From the human T2T-CHM13v2.0 reference genome, Homo sapiens: DNA of 64,000 nucleotides. The notes below the pieces were generated by a model. It worked only from the letters and a program-made list of their open reading frames with translations, was not told the origin of the DNA and did no database searches. A program made the translations under genes and the position numbers. Positions within the stretch are counted from its first letter, which is position 1, and every line of letters begins with the position of its first letter. Of this stretch, positions 59,808-64,000 are shown one piece after another. The stretch lies in NCBI RefSeq assembly GCF_009914755.1, contig NC_060928.1; one strand, given 5' to 3'.

Positions 59808-60768
59808 GATAATATTTTTAATACCATAACCCATAGACCAAGATATGTTTTTCTTCCTGACTGTTCATAATTCTATTTTCTCTATGTGGCAATTCCACTC
59901 ATATGAGGTTCCTTCTTGCTGAGTGCATTCTAAGAGTCTTATAAAGTGAGAGTTAATATCCATTCCCTGGACTGCCTGCATCTTCCTATGAAAACACTTC
60001 ACAACTCCACAATGCCTGCACTGGATGGTCAACAGGATTCTTTACCAAGGAGACAAGAGCATCCAAAGTTTCCCATAAGGGGTGACACAAACCTACCATA
60101 GTAATACCAATATCACAGGCACAGAAATGTAAGAATCGTTTTTGCCAAAACATCATCTGTGTGGACAGGTGTAATCTGCCACACCCACGTAGATACTCAG
60201 TTTTTATCAGTTTTATAAGGACATCTATTTTGTTCTTAGTTCTTAGTTCACAAGTTTTAACTGACGAGATGTTCTTCATCATCCCTGACACAATGATAAC
60301 AATAACTGATGTTATCTACAGCATGTCTATTTTACAAAGCCCATTGCCCCAGTCAAATAATGTGACCTTTAAAACAGTCCTGGAAGCCAAACAACATTAT
60401 AACCCACAATTTACAGACACAGAAACTGAATATAAGATAAGGTAAGTATCCCAAAACACACCTAGGAAATAAAGTGTTCCATCTCCAAATCTTCAATTCT
60501 CTAATATGTTTTAATTCTAGAGAGCATAGCATAGTAGTTAAGTAGGGACTTTAGAGCCAAACTTCCTGGGTTCAAATCCTGGCTCTACAATTTACTTGCC
60601 CATTGGAAGTTATTTTATCCTATTTGCACCTCAGTTTCCTCATCTGTAAAAAGGGAATAATAAGAAAATCTACTTCCCAGAATTATGATTAAACAAGTTT
60701 ATTTGTAAAATACTTATCAGAACAATGTCTGTCTAAGGTGACTGTTAACTTTAAAAAATGTTTTGCTA

Positions 60769-61195
<427 letters not shown>

Positions 61196-61805
61196 CTACC
61201 GATATGCTGAAAACAGACATTTTCAGCTGATTATTTTCAGGGGACAGAGTGCTACTGATAGCTGAAAGCATCTGTAAAGAACAGGTAGAGAAGAAAAACA
61301 GAAGGAAAAGAAGAATGGAGGAGAGAGTGAGAACAGGTGAGAAGGGAAAAATTGTCTCCATCATAATTTAGAACTGGTAACGGATTTCTTTTTCTAGCAT
61401 TTTGAGAAGTTAACATGAACCTCCATGTTTTCCCAGTGATTTGAGAGATTTTTTAAAAATCCAAAGGATTTCTCTTATAGTTTCTTTTTATAGTGTGTGA
61501 GGTGGAAAAGAACTTGGGCTCTAGTTAGAAAGTCAAGGCCAACCCCAATTTCCCTATTTATCACAGTAGGCGAGCCTTTTGACTTCCCTGAAGCTAATTT
61601 TCTCATCTGTACAAGAATGATGGTAAGAGAATCCACTGTGAGTAGCTATCTCATGGGATTCTTATGGAGATCGAAAAATTAAAACATGGAAACTTGCTTG
61701 GAGATATTAACTAAGTAAATCATTAGATTGAATAAAGATCTTTCGTTTAAAATTACAGGGCAAGTTAAATTTACCAACTTTAAAAATAATGGTGAAAGAT
61801 TGTTA

Positions 61806-62192
<387 letters not shown>

Positions 62193-62232
62193 TTAATACA
62201 AAAAGATGAGCCAGAAAGATGATAGCAACTTA

Positions 62233-62643
<411 letters not shown>

Positions 62644-64000
62644 CTAATAATAATATAGCCTGAAAGTTAAAGGTACTTTTGTCAAACAAATACTTCCTTC
62701 TTTACCACTCTTCCTTCTCAGGTTTTTTTTTTGTTGTTGTTCTTTTTCAATTCCATCAAGTTGGAAATAATCTAATTTGCTGTTTTAAAGGCTTTTGCCA
62801 GAAGCAACAAAGACAATTAAGTTGGAAGCTTGCTTTCTTACCTCCATCCTTACTCACGTTCTTGTAGCCAATAAAGCTAGTGAGAACCAGGAAGGGCTTT
62901 GATTTATTTTAGATGTTAACATGATAATGCTTATTTTTCACTGACAGAAAGTTTTCTATGGAATTATGAATAATGATGAAAATTGAATACCTAGGCTGCT
63001 ATGGTCTTAAGTATAATTACCTAAAAACCTATACTATAAACTTATAAAAAACAGTTCCAGTATGTGAAATAGTACACATCCAAATTTATCTTATGACAAT
63101 GGATTCTTTTCAAGGAAAATTAGCTCATGCAACCACAAAATAAGAGTTACCATAGCTGAATCCTGCAGTGGTGGGTGCATTCTTCCCTTTCACACTAACT
63201 GGGTACCGAAGCCTGGTGACAAGTCCTAATAATCAAAGAAAGCGTTGCAGTCAAACTCATTCATAATCATTCTGCTTGGTCACATGCTACAGGAAACTCA
63301 CTTAGAAAATTCATCATTTATTCATTTACTGCTCATCCTCTGTGTGTACATACAGCACTCTGCTATATGCTTTTATTCATTCAACAAACATTTTCTTTTA
63401 AATACTACAGTGTTTAACAGGCACCATGCCAGCTTTCTCTTTTTTCAAATATTTTAAAGGATGTTAAAAGGTTTCTAACAGTTATTTCGTGTTCTTTTCC
63501 AATATGAGAGCTGAACTATGAAAGGGAATTAGATTAGTCTGCTAAAAATGGAAGTTATTCACCTGACATGACTCAGTATTAGCAATCTTAGCATACAAAT
63601 CGGGCTCTAGGATAGCAACAACTGGGAATACCAACTACTGGAAATCAGTGTGGATCTTTTAACCCAAGTCGCATACAGCACTAAATAAGAAACAGGAGAT
63701 GTCTCTTCCATAAACACCCATAGCACTCTGTATTTCCTCTACTACAAGATATCTCAAAGCAATTTAAAATCGTTATGTACTTCTCTGTCTCCCCACAAGT
63801 GGTAGGGTCTGGGAAAATCAGGATCAGTGACTACACCTAGTCCACCACTGAAATATTGAAGTCTCCCCAAAGCCTGGCTCTGTTTCTGGCATGCAGTAGG
63901 CACTTGATATATGTTTGTTGAATGAATTGAGATGACGGTGAAAAATAAAACTTATACAGGAACACGGAAGAAAAAATTAGGGAGCAAAAACACCAAAAAA

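Overview
Primate (very likely human) intron-rich DNA containing two tandem Tec-family tyrosine kinase genes, both on the minus strand. The right end holds the last six coding exons and 3' UTR of TEC (62405 down to the stop at 54244). About 3 kb beyond the TEC stop, TXK/RLK begins: ATG at 51002 and coding exons 1-10 down to 3541, with the rest of the gene outside the window. All exon boundaries were read by hand; they have GT-AG ends and consistent phases. The rest is mostly Alu, L1, L2, LTR and DNA-transposon sequence, plus two U6 retrocopies. I found no convincing wholly new biological system. The best leads are: an L1 3'-transduction carrying a MER5 fragment; a U6-FLAM composite inside one TSD; two Alus at one triplicated target site; an Alu with a 19-bp fold-back and no TSD; a stop-free in-frame 81-nt TEC intron; two TEC/TXK splicing routes that both end on a TGA overlapping TXK's internal ATG; and a duplicated ISRE/EICE + E-box module in the TEC 3' region just upstream of TXK. 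Repeat family names come from memory of consensus sequences, not from a database search.
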